The notes under the pieces were generated by a model that made no database searches, was not told where the DNA came from, and saw nothing but the letters and a program-made list of their open reading frames with translations. A DNA stretch of 64,000 nucleotides from Chitinophaga pinensis. Lineage in GTDB: Bacteria; Bacteroidota; Bacteroidia; NS11-12g; UBA955. A program made the translations under genes and the position numbers. Location: assembly GCA_945888525.1 (NCBI GenBank), contig CAMDAF010000006.1, positions 19,489 through 83,488 of the forward strand, read 5' to 3'. Of the stretch, positions 1-8,190 are shown one piece after another; the first letter of the stretch is position 1, and every line of letters begins with the position of its first letter.

Positions 1-994
1 TCAGGTTACTAAAAATCTAAACAAAATTATTGACAACAATTATTACCCAGTAATCGAAGCGAAAAACTCTAACATGAAACACAGGCCAATCGGCATAGGT
101 GTGCAAGGATTGGCAGATGTTTTTATTTTATTGCGTTTGCCTTTTGAGAGTGAATCGGCCAAAGTATTGAATAAAAATATTTTTGAAACCATATACTTTG
201 CAGCTATGACAGCTAGTAAAGATTTGGCAAAAACACATGGACCCTACGAAACGTATGAAGGCTCACCAGTTTCTAAAGGAATCTTTCAATTTGACATGTG
301 GAATGTGAGCCCATCAGAACAATGGAATTGGAAAGCATTAAAAGAAGAAGTACAAAAGCACGGTGTACGAAATTCGCTTTTACTAGCGCCAATGCCCACT
401 GCTTCTACTTCTCAAATTTTCGGGAACAACGAATGTTTTGAACCCTATACATCCAACATTTATACACGAAGGGTTTTAAGTGGTGAATTTATCATCGTTA
501 ATAAGCATTTGTTGAAAGACCTAGTCAGCTTAGGTTTATGGGATAACAGCATGAAAAACAAAATCGTAGCCGCCAATGGCAGTATACAAAACATTGATGA
601 AATACCGGGCGATATTAAAGAGCTATACAAGACAGTTTGGGAAATAAAGCAACGTAACATCATCGATATGTCAGCCGATAGGGGTGCATTTGTTTGTCAA
701 TCGCAATCATTAAACCTATTTATTGACAATCCAAACACCTCTAAATTGACCTCAATGCACTTTCATGCTTGGAAAAGTGGCTTGAAAACAGGTATGTATT
801 ATTTGCGCACACAAGCTGCTTCGCAAGCTGTACAATTTACGGTAGAAAAGCAAGGCAATAATGAAGTAAGTCCGATAATTCCCATTGTTGCACCCACAAA
901 CGATTTAACAAATCTTAGCAAAGACATAGAACCAGTATTCAGTGAAGGTGCTGCTTGCTCCATGGAAGAAGGATGCATCAGCTGCGGTTCATAA
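1..994 (+). CDS. nrdA: Ribonucleotide reductase (class I) large subunit, C-terminal part; 5' end lies outside the window
   Basis: The frame is open from the window edge, since the track ORF at 74 is only an internal Met. An RNR-alpha-like core is followed by a C-terminal Cys-rich tail (EGCISCGS-stop) typical of class Ia large subunits. Confidence 0.75.
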   Translation, partial: QVTKNLNKIIDNNYYPVIEAKNSNMKHRPIGIGVQGLADVFILLRLPFESESAKVLNKNIFETIYFAAMTASKDLAKTHGPYETYEGSPVSKGIFQFDMWNVSPSEQWNWKALKEEVQKHGVRNSLLLAPMPTASTSQIFGNNECFEPYTSNIYTRRVLSGEFIIVNKHLLKDLVSLGLWDNSMKNKIVAANGSIQNIDEIPGDIKELYKTVWEIKQRNIIDMSADRGAFVCQSQSLNLFIDNPNTSKLTSMHFHAWKSGLKTGMYYLRTQAASQAVQFTVEKQGNNEVSPIIPIVAPTNDLTNLSKDIEPVFSEGAACSMEEGCISCGS

Positions 995-1261
995 GAAAAA
1001 AGCAAAAGTATTTGACTGTAAATAAACCTTAAAAGAAACCGACCTATCGGAGGGAAGCTTATGAAATTAGGTATGCTCTAAACCATCAGACTTTACCTTG
1101 TTACTCAACATGGCATTAGATTCCGTTTATGGAAATGCTTGGTTTAGAAATAGAATTTTGGCAATTAATGTTGGTCTTGCTACAGGAATAATAACAAAAA
1201 CAAACTTGCTTAATAAACAAAACCAACTAAATTTGTTTTGTTTATAGATTATACCACCCTA

Positions 1262-1753
1262 ATGAAAAACCCTATTCTTTTAATCTTCTTTTTAACTTAC
1301 AACTTAATCGCTATGTCAGAAACCAAAGTATACACCTGCAATGAATACGGCTCAAATAAAAAACAATTTATGAGCTTGGATGCCGGAAAAGTTTGCAGCA
1401 CCAATGAATACGGTTCCAACAAAAAGCAATTCATGTTTATAGAAGCGGGCAAAGTTTTTAACTGCAATGAATATGGATCAAACAAAAAGCAATTTATGCT
1501 GATTGAAGCGGGAAAGGCATATACCACCAATGAATACGGCAGCAACAAAAAACAATTTTTACTGATCGAAGCAGGAAAGGTATACACCACCAATGAGTAT
1601 GGTTCCAACAAAAAACAGATAGCCCTATACGAAGCCAATAAAATTTACACGACCAATGAATATGGAAGCAACAAAAAACAAATTGGCCTCATAGAAGGAG
1701 GTGCTAGCCTCGCTGAAATGGTGGTTATTATGTCGAGATTCGCATTGTTTTAA
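1262..1753 (+). CDS. Secreted/membrane tandem-repeat protein of unknown function, with six to seven 27-aa repeats (consensus TTNEYGSNKKQFMLIEAGKVY)
   Basis: The track ORF starts at TTG 1238. The in-frame ATG at 1262 gives a hydrophobic N-terminus (MKNPILLIFFLTYNLIA). The 81-nt DNA repeats differ mainly at synonymous positions (the GS dipeptide is encoded ggctca/ggttcc/ggatca/ggcagc), indicating selection on the protein sequence. Confidence 0.6.
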   Translation: MKNPILLIFFLTYNLIAMSETKVYTCNEYGSNKKQFMSLDAGKVCSTNEYGSNKKQFMFIEAGKVFNCNEYGSNKKQFMLIEAGKAYTTNEYGSNKKQFLLIEAGKVYTTNEYGSNKKQIALYEANKIYTTNEYGSNKKQIGLIEGGASLAEMVVIMSRFALF

Positions 1754-1792
1754 ATACTTATAAAAGTCCTTTAGAATTAGTAATCGAATAAA

Positions 1793-2461
1793 ATGAAAAC
1801 CATATTAATCATCCCGATTATCATTCTATGTGCTGTTATATCTATTATTTCTTGCAACAACAGTAGTAAGAAAATACCATTCTTTTCAAAAAAAGAAATC
1901 CCATACAAATCGGACACCATTTTGATTTTGAATTTGGAGTTTAAAGAGACCAAACTTTTAAAACCAATTATGGACAAGGTGACAAGTTTTTACCATTTGC
2001 CTGTCATTTTAAAATCCAGCCAACTTCCGCAATACGCTTATTACAAACCACGAAATAGATACCGTGCAGACTCTATTTTAAATTTTTTAGAACGGTATAA
2101 CAAAAACCATTTTCGTTTTATAGCGGCTTTAACCAGCAAAGACATCTCCCATACCAATACCCAAAAAAAAGTTAAGGATTATGGGATTATCGGCTTAGGC
2201 AGTACGAACAACAAAGGGTGCATCAGCTCTTCTTTTAAATTAAAGAAAAATGTTACAGAGGCAAAGTTTTTAGAAAGGTTGCAAAAAGTAACTCTTCATG
2301 AAATTGGACACAACCATGGCCTGACAAAAGTTCCCGGCCATCACTGCAGCAGTGCTTATCCTTGTTTCATGAAAGATGCAAAAGGCAAGTTAACTACAAT
2401 AGACAATTGGCCTATGGATCTTTGCAAAGATTGCAGGGATGAGATTGGTTTGAAACGTTAA
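1793..2461 (+). CDS. Archaemetzincin-like zinc metallopeptidase (peptidase M54 family), probable lipoprotein
   Basis: The motif HEIGHNHGL...HHCSSAYPCFM-(17 aa)-CKDC matches the archaemetzincin signature HExxHxxGxxHCx4-5CxMx17CxxC. The N-terminus is a signal peptide followed by Cys (IISCNNSS). Confidence 0.65.
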   Translation: MKTILIIPIIILCAVISIISCNNSSKKIPFFSKKEIPYKSDTILILNLEFKETKLLKPIMDKVTSFYHLPVILKSSQLPQYAYYKPRNRYRADSILNFLERYNKNHFRFIAALTSKDISHTNTQKKVKDYGIIGLGSTNNKGCISSSFKLKKNVTEAKFLERLQKVTLHEIGHNHGLTKVPGHHCSSAYPCFMKDAKGKLTTIDNWPMDLCKDCRDEIGLKR

Positions 2462-2625
2462 ATTATTTCGGGCAGAGATTTGCTTAAGAGTTTGTGTAAT
2501 AAGTAAAATATGGCCAGTAATCCTATGTACTAAACTATTACAAAAGTTCTATAAACTTCAATCACTTTTATATACTATTCATCCGTGTTTTTTCAAACAC
2601 ACATTATTTTCTTTTTAATTGTATG

Positions 2626-2633
2626 TATCTTTG
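2626..2633 (+). promoter_or_regulatory. Bacteroidetes-type -7 promoter element (TATCTTTG) upstream of ssrA
   Basis: It matches the TAnnTTTG consensus about 20 nt upstream of the mature tmRNA 5' end. Confidence 0.35.
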
Positions 2634-2652
2634 CAGTTCGTAAAAACCACAT

Positions 2653-3020
2653 GGGGCTGACCGGAATTGACGGGTAGAGCGAATGGGGTGTAAGCATGTA
2701 GAGCTTTGTTTGCTGGCTCTTTAATCTCAACACTCAAAACTTCAAGAGGCGAAAATAACTTCGCAATGGCTGCTTAATCAGTGATTAGGTAAATTTCCAT
2801 ACACTGTCGTTGCCCTTGTCTGGGTCGGTAACGGGTTACGGTGTTCGACATACCCGGGTATGCAAGCAGTGTTGCAGCGGCTGTTTGCATCACAAGTAGC
2901 ATAAGGTTGTGGCAAGGTCTGAAACCAAGCTTTCACAACTCGAAAAATAATGGTTTCTAAACATGTAGAAAGCGCCATCATTTCCTAGTTCGGACGAGGG
3001 TTCGATTCCCTCCAGCTCCA
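2653..3020 (+). ncRNA. ssrA: tmRNA (transfer-messenger RNA, SsrA)
   Basis: The 5' end GGGGCTGA...GACGGG and the 3' tRNA-like end GGACGAGGGTTCGATTCCCTCCAGCTCCA form an acceptor stem. An internal tag reading frame ggc gaa aat aac ttc gca atg gct gct taa encodes GENNFAMAA-stop. No protein ORF is plausible here. Confidence 0.85.
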
Positions 3021-3039
3021 CAAAAACATTCATTTCAAT

Positions 3040-3070
3040 GCTGACACGCAAGTGTCGGCATTTTTTGTTT
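3040..3070 (+). terminator. Rho-independent terminator of ssrA
   Basis: GCTGACAC-GCAA-GTGTCGGC is an 8-bp stem with a GNRA loop, followed by ATTTTTTGTTTT. Confidence 0.7.
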
Positions 3071-3113
3071 TAAAACAGCGTTGAAAGTCCTCTTTCATAA
3101 GCAGGATTAAAAC

Positions 3114-3450
3114 AAAAAAAGCTTTGAAAAAGCGCATTGAAATGAATGTTCTTGTAAGGCCCACCACCTCGGGAACAACAAAGTTATTCCCCTAATATCC
3201 TCATTCACTCTCTAGATGGGATTAAAAAAAGCTTTGAAAAAGCGCATTGAAATGAATGTTCTTGTTAGGCTCCCCAATTAGGGAACAACAAAGTTATTCC
3301 CCTTTGAACTTCACATTCACTCTCTACATGAAACAAAAAAAAACTTTTGAATAATAGCGCATTGAAATGAATGTTCTTGTTAGGCCCCCACCTCGGGAAC
3401 AACAAAGTTAATCCCCTTTGAATTTTAACCACAATCTCTACAAATGTTAC
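3114..3450. repeat. Tandem array of three ~110-115 bp repeats (about 85% identical) downstream of ssrA
   Basis: The unit is AAAAAAAGCTTTGAAAAAGCGCATTGAAATGAATGTTCTTGTTAGGCCCCCACCTCGGGAACAACAAAGTTATTCCCCT..., starting at about 3114, 3224 and 3339. Each unit carries the hairpin GGGAACAAC-AAA-GTTATTCCC. An inverted match (ACATTCATTTCAATGC) sits at 3028-3045, directly after the tmRNA 3' end. Confidence 0.7.
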
Positions 3451-3668
3451 ACCCCTATGGGGTTAAATCCTGAAACGCTTACTGCAACGAAGTGAAGCGT
3501 TCTCACGAGCTCGCTAGTAACTTAGCGTCAGCGTTCTCACGACCAGAGGGAGTACACCAACAAAATGTATCCATTTTAGCATTCGTTTTAATCAAGCATC
3601 ATCGAAAAACTACCCCCTAAACGCTAGACCCTATCCCCTAATTCATCCGTTTCCATTACCTTTGCTCC

Positions 3669-4868
3669 ATGTCCATCTCAATCGGTATCATTCGTGAAGA
3701 AAAACAACCCGCTGATAAACGCGCCGCCTTTACGCCAGCGCAGTGTGTTGATTTGAAGGCGCGATACCCTCAATTGCAAATCTTTATCCAATCGTCGAGC
3801 GACCGTTGCTTTTCTGATGAACTATACACCAAAGTGGGTGTTGAAATAAAAGAAGACCTGAGCAATTGCGATTTTTTATTTGGCATAAAAGAAGTTCCTG
3901 CCGATAAATTGATTGCCAATAAGACCTATTTGTTCTTTTCACATACAATCAAAAAACAAGCCCACAACAAAGACTTGATGCACGCCCTAATTGAAAAGAA
4001 AATCAAACTCATTGATTACGAAACCTTGCGTTGGAAAAACGGCGACCGTATACTTGGTTTTGGCCGCTTTGCTGGTGTAGTTGGCGCTTACAATGGCCTT
4101 ATCACTTGGGGTAAAAAACACAAGACTTTCGACCTTAAACCGGCCTACCAATGCAGCGATTATGCAGAGCTAAAACGCGAGCTTAAAAAAGCTGTTTTAC
4201 CAAATATAAAAATCATTCTTACTGGCAATGGCCGTGTGTCGTTGGGTGCACTAGAATTGTTAAACGAAGCTGGTATCAAACAGGTAACCCCAGCGGATAT
4301 TTTAACCAAGATATTTGCAGAACCCGTATTTGCGGTTTTGTTAAGTGAAAACTTATACGAGCGCATCGATGGTAAAGCCTATGACAGAAGCGATTTTCAC
4401 CACGATCCAACCCGTTACCGTTGTGTGTTCAGATACTATTTACCGCAATGCGATTTGTTGATTAATGGCATTTACTGGGACGAGCACATGGACCGCTTGT
4501 TTTCTGAAAACGACACCCGTTTAAGCACCTTTAAAACCAAAGTGATTGCCGACATCAGTTGTGATGTAAATGGCGGTGTTCCTATCACTTTAAAAGACAC
4601 CAAAATATTTGATCCTGTATTTGGGTACGACCCCATGTCAATGAGCATGTGCGAGCCGTATTTAGACCATACCATCGATATTATGGCGGTGGGCAATCTA
4701 CCAACTGAATTACCCCGCGATGCCAGCGAAGGCTTTGGCGCTATGCTCATCGAATATGTACTACCAGAACTCCTCAAAATCGAAAGCACCGTGATCGAAA
4801 ATGCCTGCATTTGCAAAGACGGAAAGCTGACGCATGAGTATGCGTATTTGACGGACTATGCGTATTAG
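3669..4868 (+). CDS. Saccharopine dehydrogenase (L-lysine-forming, LYS1-like), AlaDH/PNT fold
   Basis: The N-terminus IIREEKQPADKRAAFTP, and the stretches FGIKEVPAD and FGRFAGVVGAYNGL, parallel yeast Lys1 (HLRAETKPLEARAALTP, IIGLKEMPE, FGFYAGFAGAALGV). Confidence 0.55.
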   Translation: MSISIGIIREEKQPADKRAAFTPAQCVDLKARYPQLQIFIQSSSDRCFSDELYTKVGVEIKEDLSNCDFLFGIKEVPADKLIANKTYLFFSHTIKKQAHNKDLMHALIEKKIKLIDYETLRWKNGDRILGFGRFAGVVGAYNGLITWGKKHKTFDLKPAYQCSDYAELKRELKKAVLPNIKIILTGNGRVSLGALELLNEAGIKQVTPADILTKIFAEPVFAVLLSENLYERIDGKAYDRSDFHHDPTRYRCVFRYYLPQCDLLINGIYWDEHMDRLFSENDTRLSTFKTKVIADISCDVNGGVPITLKDTKIFDPVFGYDPMSMSMCEPYLDHTIDIMAVGNLPTELPRDASEGFGAMLIEYVLPELLKIESTVIENACICKDGKLTHEYAYLTDYAY

Positions 4869-4990
4869 GGTCTAGGGGTTAGGGTCTAGGGTTTAGTAAT
4901 TAAACATGATGCATCTTTATTTCGTTATCTAATTTTATCGCGTTTTATACGAGGGTTTAGGGTCTAGGGGCATAGGGTTTAGTATGTAAT
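4866..4990 (+). repeat. Two tandem copies of a G-rich repeat element with canonical G-quadruplex spacing (GGG-TCTA-GGGG-TTA-GGG-TCTA-GGG)
   Basis: The copy at 4868-4891 begins at the stop codon of the upstream gene. The second copy, 4953-4977, is GGG-TTTA-GGG-TCTA-GGGG-CATA-GGG. Both are followed by similar ~50-bp AT-rich tails, making a tandem duplication of about 85 bp. Confidence 0.6.
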
Positions 4991-5126
4991 TGTGATGCTT
5001 AATTGTTTCGTTTTTTATAGTTTTAACATGACCTTTTTATATATAGAAGAAATCATAATTATTATCTTCTTTTAAATTGGGAGATTCAACTCTTAAAAAA
5101 CGTAAAGCTCAAGTTTCCTCAATAAA

Positions 5127-5187
5127 AACTAAACCCTAACCCCTACTTGCCCATCGGAGTGAAACGCAGGTGGGTACCCTAGACCCT
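5127..5187 (-). repeat. Copy of the ~62-bp G-rich element (AGGGTCTAGGGTACC...GGCAAGTAGGGGTTAGGGTTTAG), minus orientation
   Basis: Its reverse complement aligns with the element at 6391-6452. It lies immediately 3' of the minus-strand gene 5236-5877, in sense orientation. Confidence 0.6.
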
Positions 5188-5235
5188 TGTAAAGCCCTTC
5201 CTGAATAATAAAAAAAGACGAAATCAACTTTGGCT

Positions 5236-5877
5236 TTACTCCCTCCATATAAACCTCACCAACACCAATCCCATAACCACAATCAAAACATTGAAGGCCA
5301 TAAGGACCAATAGGTCGGGAAGCAGGATCGAGAAACCGAGTTCATCGATGGCTTTTTTGCCAGCCTTGGAACCAATTAAAATCAAAGGCAAAATAACGGG
5401 AAAAGTTAAGACCGGCAATAAGACACCAGGATTATCGGTTTTGGTGGCTATGCTGCTGCTAATGGTAAAGATAGATGAAATACCTATGCCAGTAACCAGG
5501 CAGACCAATAAAAAACTAGGACCGCCTTCGCTCACTTGACCATGCATTAAGGTGAAAACCGCGTAAGCGAATAAGGTAAAGACAATCATTAAGAGCGCCG
5601 AACAAATTAAACGCGCGGCTAAAAAGTCGACAGGCGAACATATTTGATGCCAAAAAACGAAATTGTTTTTGCGCATTTGGATGAAGGATTTGGAGATGCC
5701 TTGCAGGGTGGTGAACACCACAACGATCCAGAAAATCGCACTAAAATGGGGCCTGTCCATGCCTGGCAAGCTTAAAAAAGTAATGAGCACAGCAGTGAAG
5801 ATGTAAAGAAAAGCACCGACAATAGCGTATTTGCCTTTCCATTCTTCTCTCAAAAAAAATTTCACCATTTCTACCAT
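5236..5877 (-). CDS. Polytopic membrane protein (about 6 TM), possibly a CcmB-like ABC-type heme exporter permease
   Basis: The 213-aa protein is mostly hydrophobic helices. Its size and topology resemble CcmB. The family assignment is uncertain. Confidence 0.35.
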   Translation of the reverse strand: MVEMVKFFLREEWKGKYAIVGAFLYIFTAVLITFLSLPGMDRPHFSAIFWIVVVFTTLQGISKSFIQMRKNNFVFWHQICSPVDFLAARLICSALLMIVFTLFAYAVFTLMHGQVSEGGPSFLLVCLVTGIGISSIFTISSSIATKTDNPGVLLPVLTFPVILPLILIGSKAGKKAIDELGFSILLPDLLVLMAFNVLIVVMGLVLVRFIWRE

Positions 5878-5930
5878 TGTGTCAAAGCTAAAAAATTGTA
5901 CTTTTGCGCAAAAGTAATATAAACATTTGT

Positions 5931-6386
5931 ATGCTCAGCAAAATAGAACATTTATCGTCAGCAGAAAAAAACTTAATTGTTAATGCACCTCTACTAATTT
6001 CAGCCTTGGTGTCTGGTTCTGATGGTGAATTCACCCCTAGCGAAATCCAACAAGCCGTTAAAATCATCCACATCAAAACCTATTCTGAAACCCGCGATGT
6101 GAGTGGTGTATACAAAACAGTTGACGGACACACTGAAGAAAGCATAGAAATGTTAATTAGCTCTTTGCCTGAATCAACGACCGAAAGAAACGAAATGTTA
6201 ATCTCTATGCTGAAAGGCTTAAATGATGTATTTCCGAAACTAGACAACGTCTTCGCACACGATTTATACAGCAGTTTGAAAGAACTTGCATTTTACGTCA
6301 GCAACGCTGGCGACGACCTAGGCCTAAGTATCCGTTCTGAGCAAGAAAAAGAAATGGCGCAGTTGTCATTTTTGGACGCACAGTAA
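5931..6386 (+). CDS. Hypothetical protein
   Basis: The track ORF starts at TTG 5904. The first ATG is at 5931 (MLSKIEHL...). No recognisable motif was seen. Confidence 0.45.
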   Translation: MLSKIEHLSSAEKNLIVNAPLLISALVSGSDGEFTPSEIQQAVKIIHIKTYSETRDVSGVYKTVDGHTEESIEMLISSLPESTTERNEMLISMLKGLNDVFPKLDNVFAHDLYSSLKELAFYVSNAGDDLGLSIRSEQEKEMAQLSFLDAQ

Positions 6387-6390
6387 AGCC

Positions 6391-6452
6391 AGGGGCTAGG
6401 GTACCTACCTTCGTTTCACTCATGCAGGCAAGTAGGGGTTAGGGTTTAGTTT
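6391..6452 (+). repeat. Copy of the ~62-bp G-rich element, plus orientation, immediately 3' of gene 5931-6386
   Basis: AGGGGCTAGGGTACCTACCTTCGTTTCACTC...GGCAAGTAGGGGTTAGGGTTTAG is about 85% identical to the inverted copy at 5127-5187. Confidence 0.6.
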
Positions 6453-6572
6453 TGTACAAAACATCCAACCTAACTTCTCTATTTTCTTATTTTAAAGTTT
6501 CTTTATTTAATTTCCTATAGGGAAAACAAAAGGCATTTAGATATTGTTTATGTACGTCGATTACCGAAATCC

Positions 6573-6622
6573 AAACTATACCCTATCCCGATAGCTTTCG
6601 GGAGCTATACCCCTAAACCCTC
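6573..6622 (-). repeat. Variant G-rich element (AGGGTTTAGGGG-hairpin-GGGATAGGG) immediately 3' of the GT2 gene, sense orientation
   Basis: The minus strand reads AGGGTTTAGGGGTATAGCTCCCGAAAGCTATCGGGATAGGGTATAG. A central hairpin (GATAGC...GCTATC) is flanked by two GGG pairs. Confidence 0.5.
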
Positions 6623-6635
6623 TTTTGAGCTCTGC

Positions 6636-7388
6636 TCAAAATAAGGGTATAAAATCCTCCGGCTTCAAGCTCTTATGGTAATGGTGTATAAAATCAGGTT
6701 CCTTTCTGCGGATGCACCCAACGCCATTTTTGTAGTATTCAAAAAACAAAAGCCAATCTTCTTTACCCCAATCTGTGATGCTTTCGTCGTAGCCCCCAAG
6801 ATCTAAAAACTGCTGGCGTTGGCTTGCCATAATACCAGTTCCCTCAGACATAAAATGACCGGTGCCATCTTGGTGGGTAAACCAAATTTGCGGAAACCAA
6901 GCTGAATATTTTCCGCTGTAACGGTTTACTTTTTCAAGTACATCTATAGGCACTGACATATCGGCATCGCAGACCAAGATTAAATTATTGCTAGCCTGTT
7001 TTACCGCTGCATTAAAACTGATGCTGCGCGCAAAATTTTGAGGCACTTCAGCATAAACCAATTTACCTTTCCATGCCTTGCGAATTTCTTGAACTAAATT
7101 TTGCACATCATCGCTGCCGCAGTCGAATACTGAGAGTTCTATGCAATCTAAATTTGCGCAGGCATTTAAAGACGGAATGAGATGGCTTAGCAAATTATGG
7201 CTGCGGTTTTTTATTCCAACGCAAACACTAATGGCTTGTAAATTATTTGGCCTTTTTCTGGTGGCATACCAAGCTTTAAAGTCGCTTAATACCGACGAAA
7301 ACCCAACCCATTTTCTTTGTGGTGATTTGAATACAAACCACAAAAATTGTTTGAAGGGTTTCGGCAATAAACGCTTTAAAAAACTCAT
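6636..7388 (-). CDS. Glycosyltransferase family 2 (GT-A fold)
   Basis: A DxD-like CDADM motif and a WGKEDW motif recall the WGGEDDD of galactosyltransferase-type GT2 C-terminal domains. A 4-nt overlap with xth suggests translational coupling. Confidence 0.6.
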   Translation of the reverse strand: MSFLKRLLPKPFKQFLWFVFKSPQRKWVGFSSVLSDFKAWYATRKRPNNLQAISVCVGIKNRSHNLLSHLIPSLNACANLDCIELSVFDCGSDDVQNLVQEIRKAWKGKLVYAEVPQNFARSISFNAAVKQASNNLILVCDADMSVPIDVLEKVNRYSGKYSAWFPQIWFTHQDGTGHFMSEGTGIMASQRQQFLDLGGYDESITDWGKEDWLLFFEYYKNGVGCIRRKEPDFIHHYHKSLKPEDFIPLF

Positions 7389-8143
7389 TTTATTTCAGCG
7401 TACAAACCGCAATGGTCGCTGTGCACATAAGCGTTCAAAATACCAGCATTTGAAAGGCGCTCGCGAATACTATCACCGATTGAAATGTAATCGATTCTCC
7501 ATCCCTTGTTGCGCTCACGGGCGGCCGTTCTAAAGCTCCACCAAGTGTAATGGTGTGGATCTTGGTTAATCAACCTAAAACTATCGTGCATACCGCTGCC
7601 AAACCATTGGTCCATCCAAGCCCTTTCTTCAGGCAAAAATCCACTGGAATTTTTATTGCCAATTGGATCGTGAATATCGATATCATTATGGCAAATGTTG
7701 TAATCGCCGCATACCAATAACTTGTCTTTATTCGGATCGTTTTGAATAAAATGATTGAAGGCTTCTAAAAATTCATACTTCACTTGTTGGCGGATATCGC
7801 CGGTAGTGCCAGAAGGGAAATAGGCACTGATAACTTCGCAGTTTTCGAACACGGCTTTGATCACACGTCCTTCGGAATCGAAAAGCTTATGCCCCATGCC
7901 TTTAACAACTGATTTGGCTTTTTCTTTGCTCAGAATCCCAACACCACTGTACCCTTTTTTTTCGGCAGGAAACCAATAGCAATGGTAACCCAAAGCTTCC
8001 AAAGCAGCTTGATCAATGTCTTGCTCTTGCGCCTTTAATTCTTGTAGACAAACGGTATCGGGATTTTCTTCTTTTAAAAAATCAACAAACCCTTTAGACA
8101 TGGCAGAACGAATGCCGTTTACGTTGTATGAAATGATTTTCAT
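7385..8143 (-). CDS. xth: Exodeoxyribonuclease III (AP endonuclease)
   Basis: The N-terminus MKIISYNVNGIRSA, 252 aa, is ExoIII/APE1 family across the full length. Confidence 0.9.
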   Translation of the reverse strand: MKIISYNVNGIRSAMSKGFVDFLKEENPDTVCLQELKAQEQDIDQAALEALGYHCYWFPAEKKGYSGVGILSKEKAKSVVKGMGHKLFDSEGRVIKAVFENCEVISAYFPSGTTGDIRQQVKYEFLEAFNHFIQNDPNKDKLLVCGDYNICHNDIDIHDPIGNKNSSGFLPEERAWMDQWFGSGMHDSFRLINQDPHHYTWWSFRTAARERNKGWRIDYISIGDSIRERLSNAGILNAYVHSDHCGLYAEIK

Positions 8144-8190
8144 TAGACAACAAACTTAAGGTATTTTTTGAGCTTGAAAAAGCCCGAGAA

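Noticed and set aside
1238-1261. TTG-initiated N-terminal extensions in track ORFs (1238, 5904, 10775, 11360, 13416, 15085, 21649, 33175, 58020)
   Set aside because: In each case an in-frame ATG a few codons downstream gives a canonical N-terminus (signal peptide, HTH, J-domain, etc.). The TTG extensions are likely artefacts of the longest-ORF convention. TTG starts were kept only where no ATG alternative exists (20490, 39143).
2778-2981. 67-aa minus-strand ORF
   Set aside because: It lies entirely within the tmRNA gene and has no coding support.
3470-3560. Possible tRNA or structured RNA (hairpin AACGCTT...AAGCGTT, repeated AGCGTTCTCACGA)
   Set aside because: No cloverleaf, and no T-loop (GTTCGAATC-like) or anticodon-arm features, could be built. 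It is recorded as unexplained intergenic sequence only.
4866-4990. Telomere-like TTAGGG repeats interpreted as a linear-replicon end
   Set aside because: Only isolated TTAGGG occurrences appear, embedded in a larger element that recurs internally between genes. There is no terminal array, and the context is ordinary chromosomal genes.
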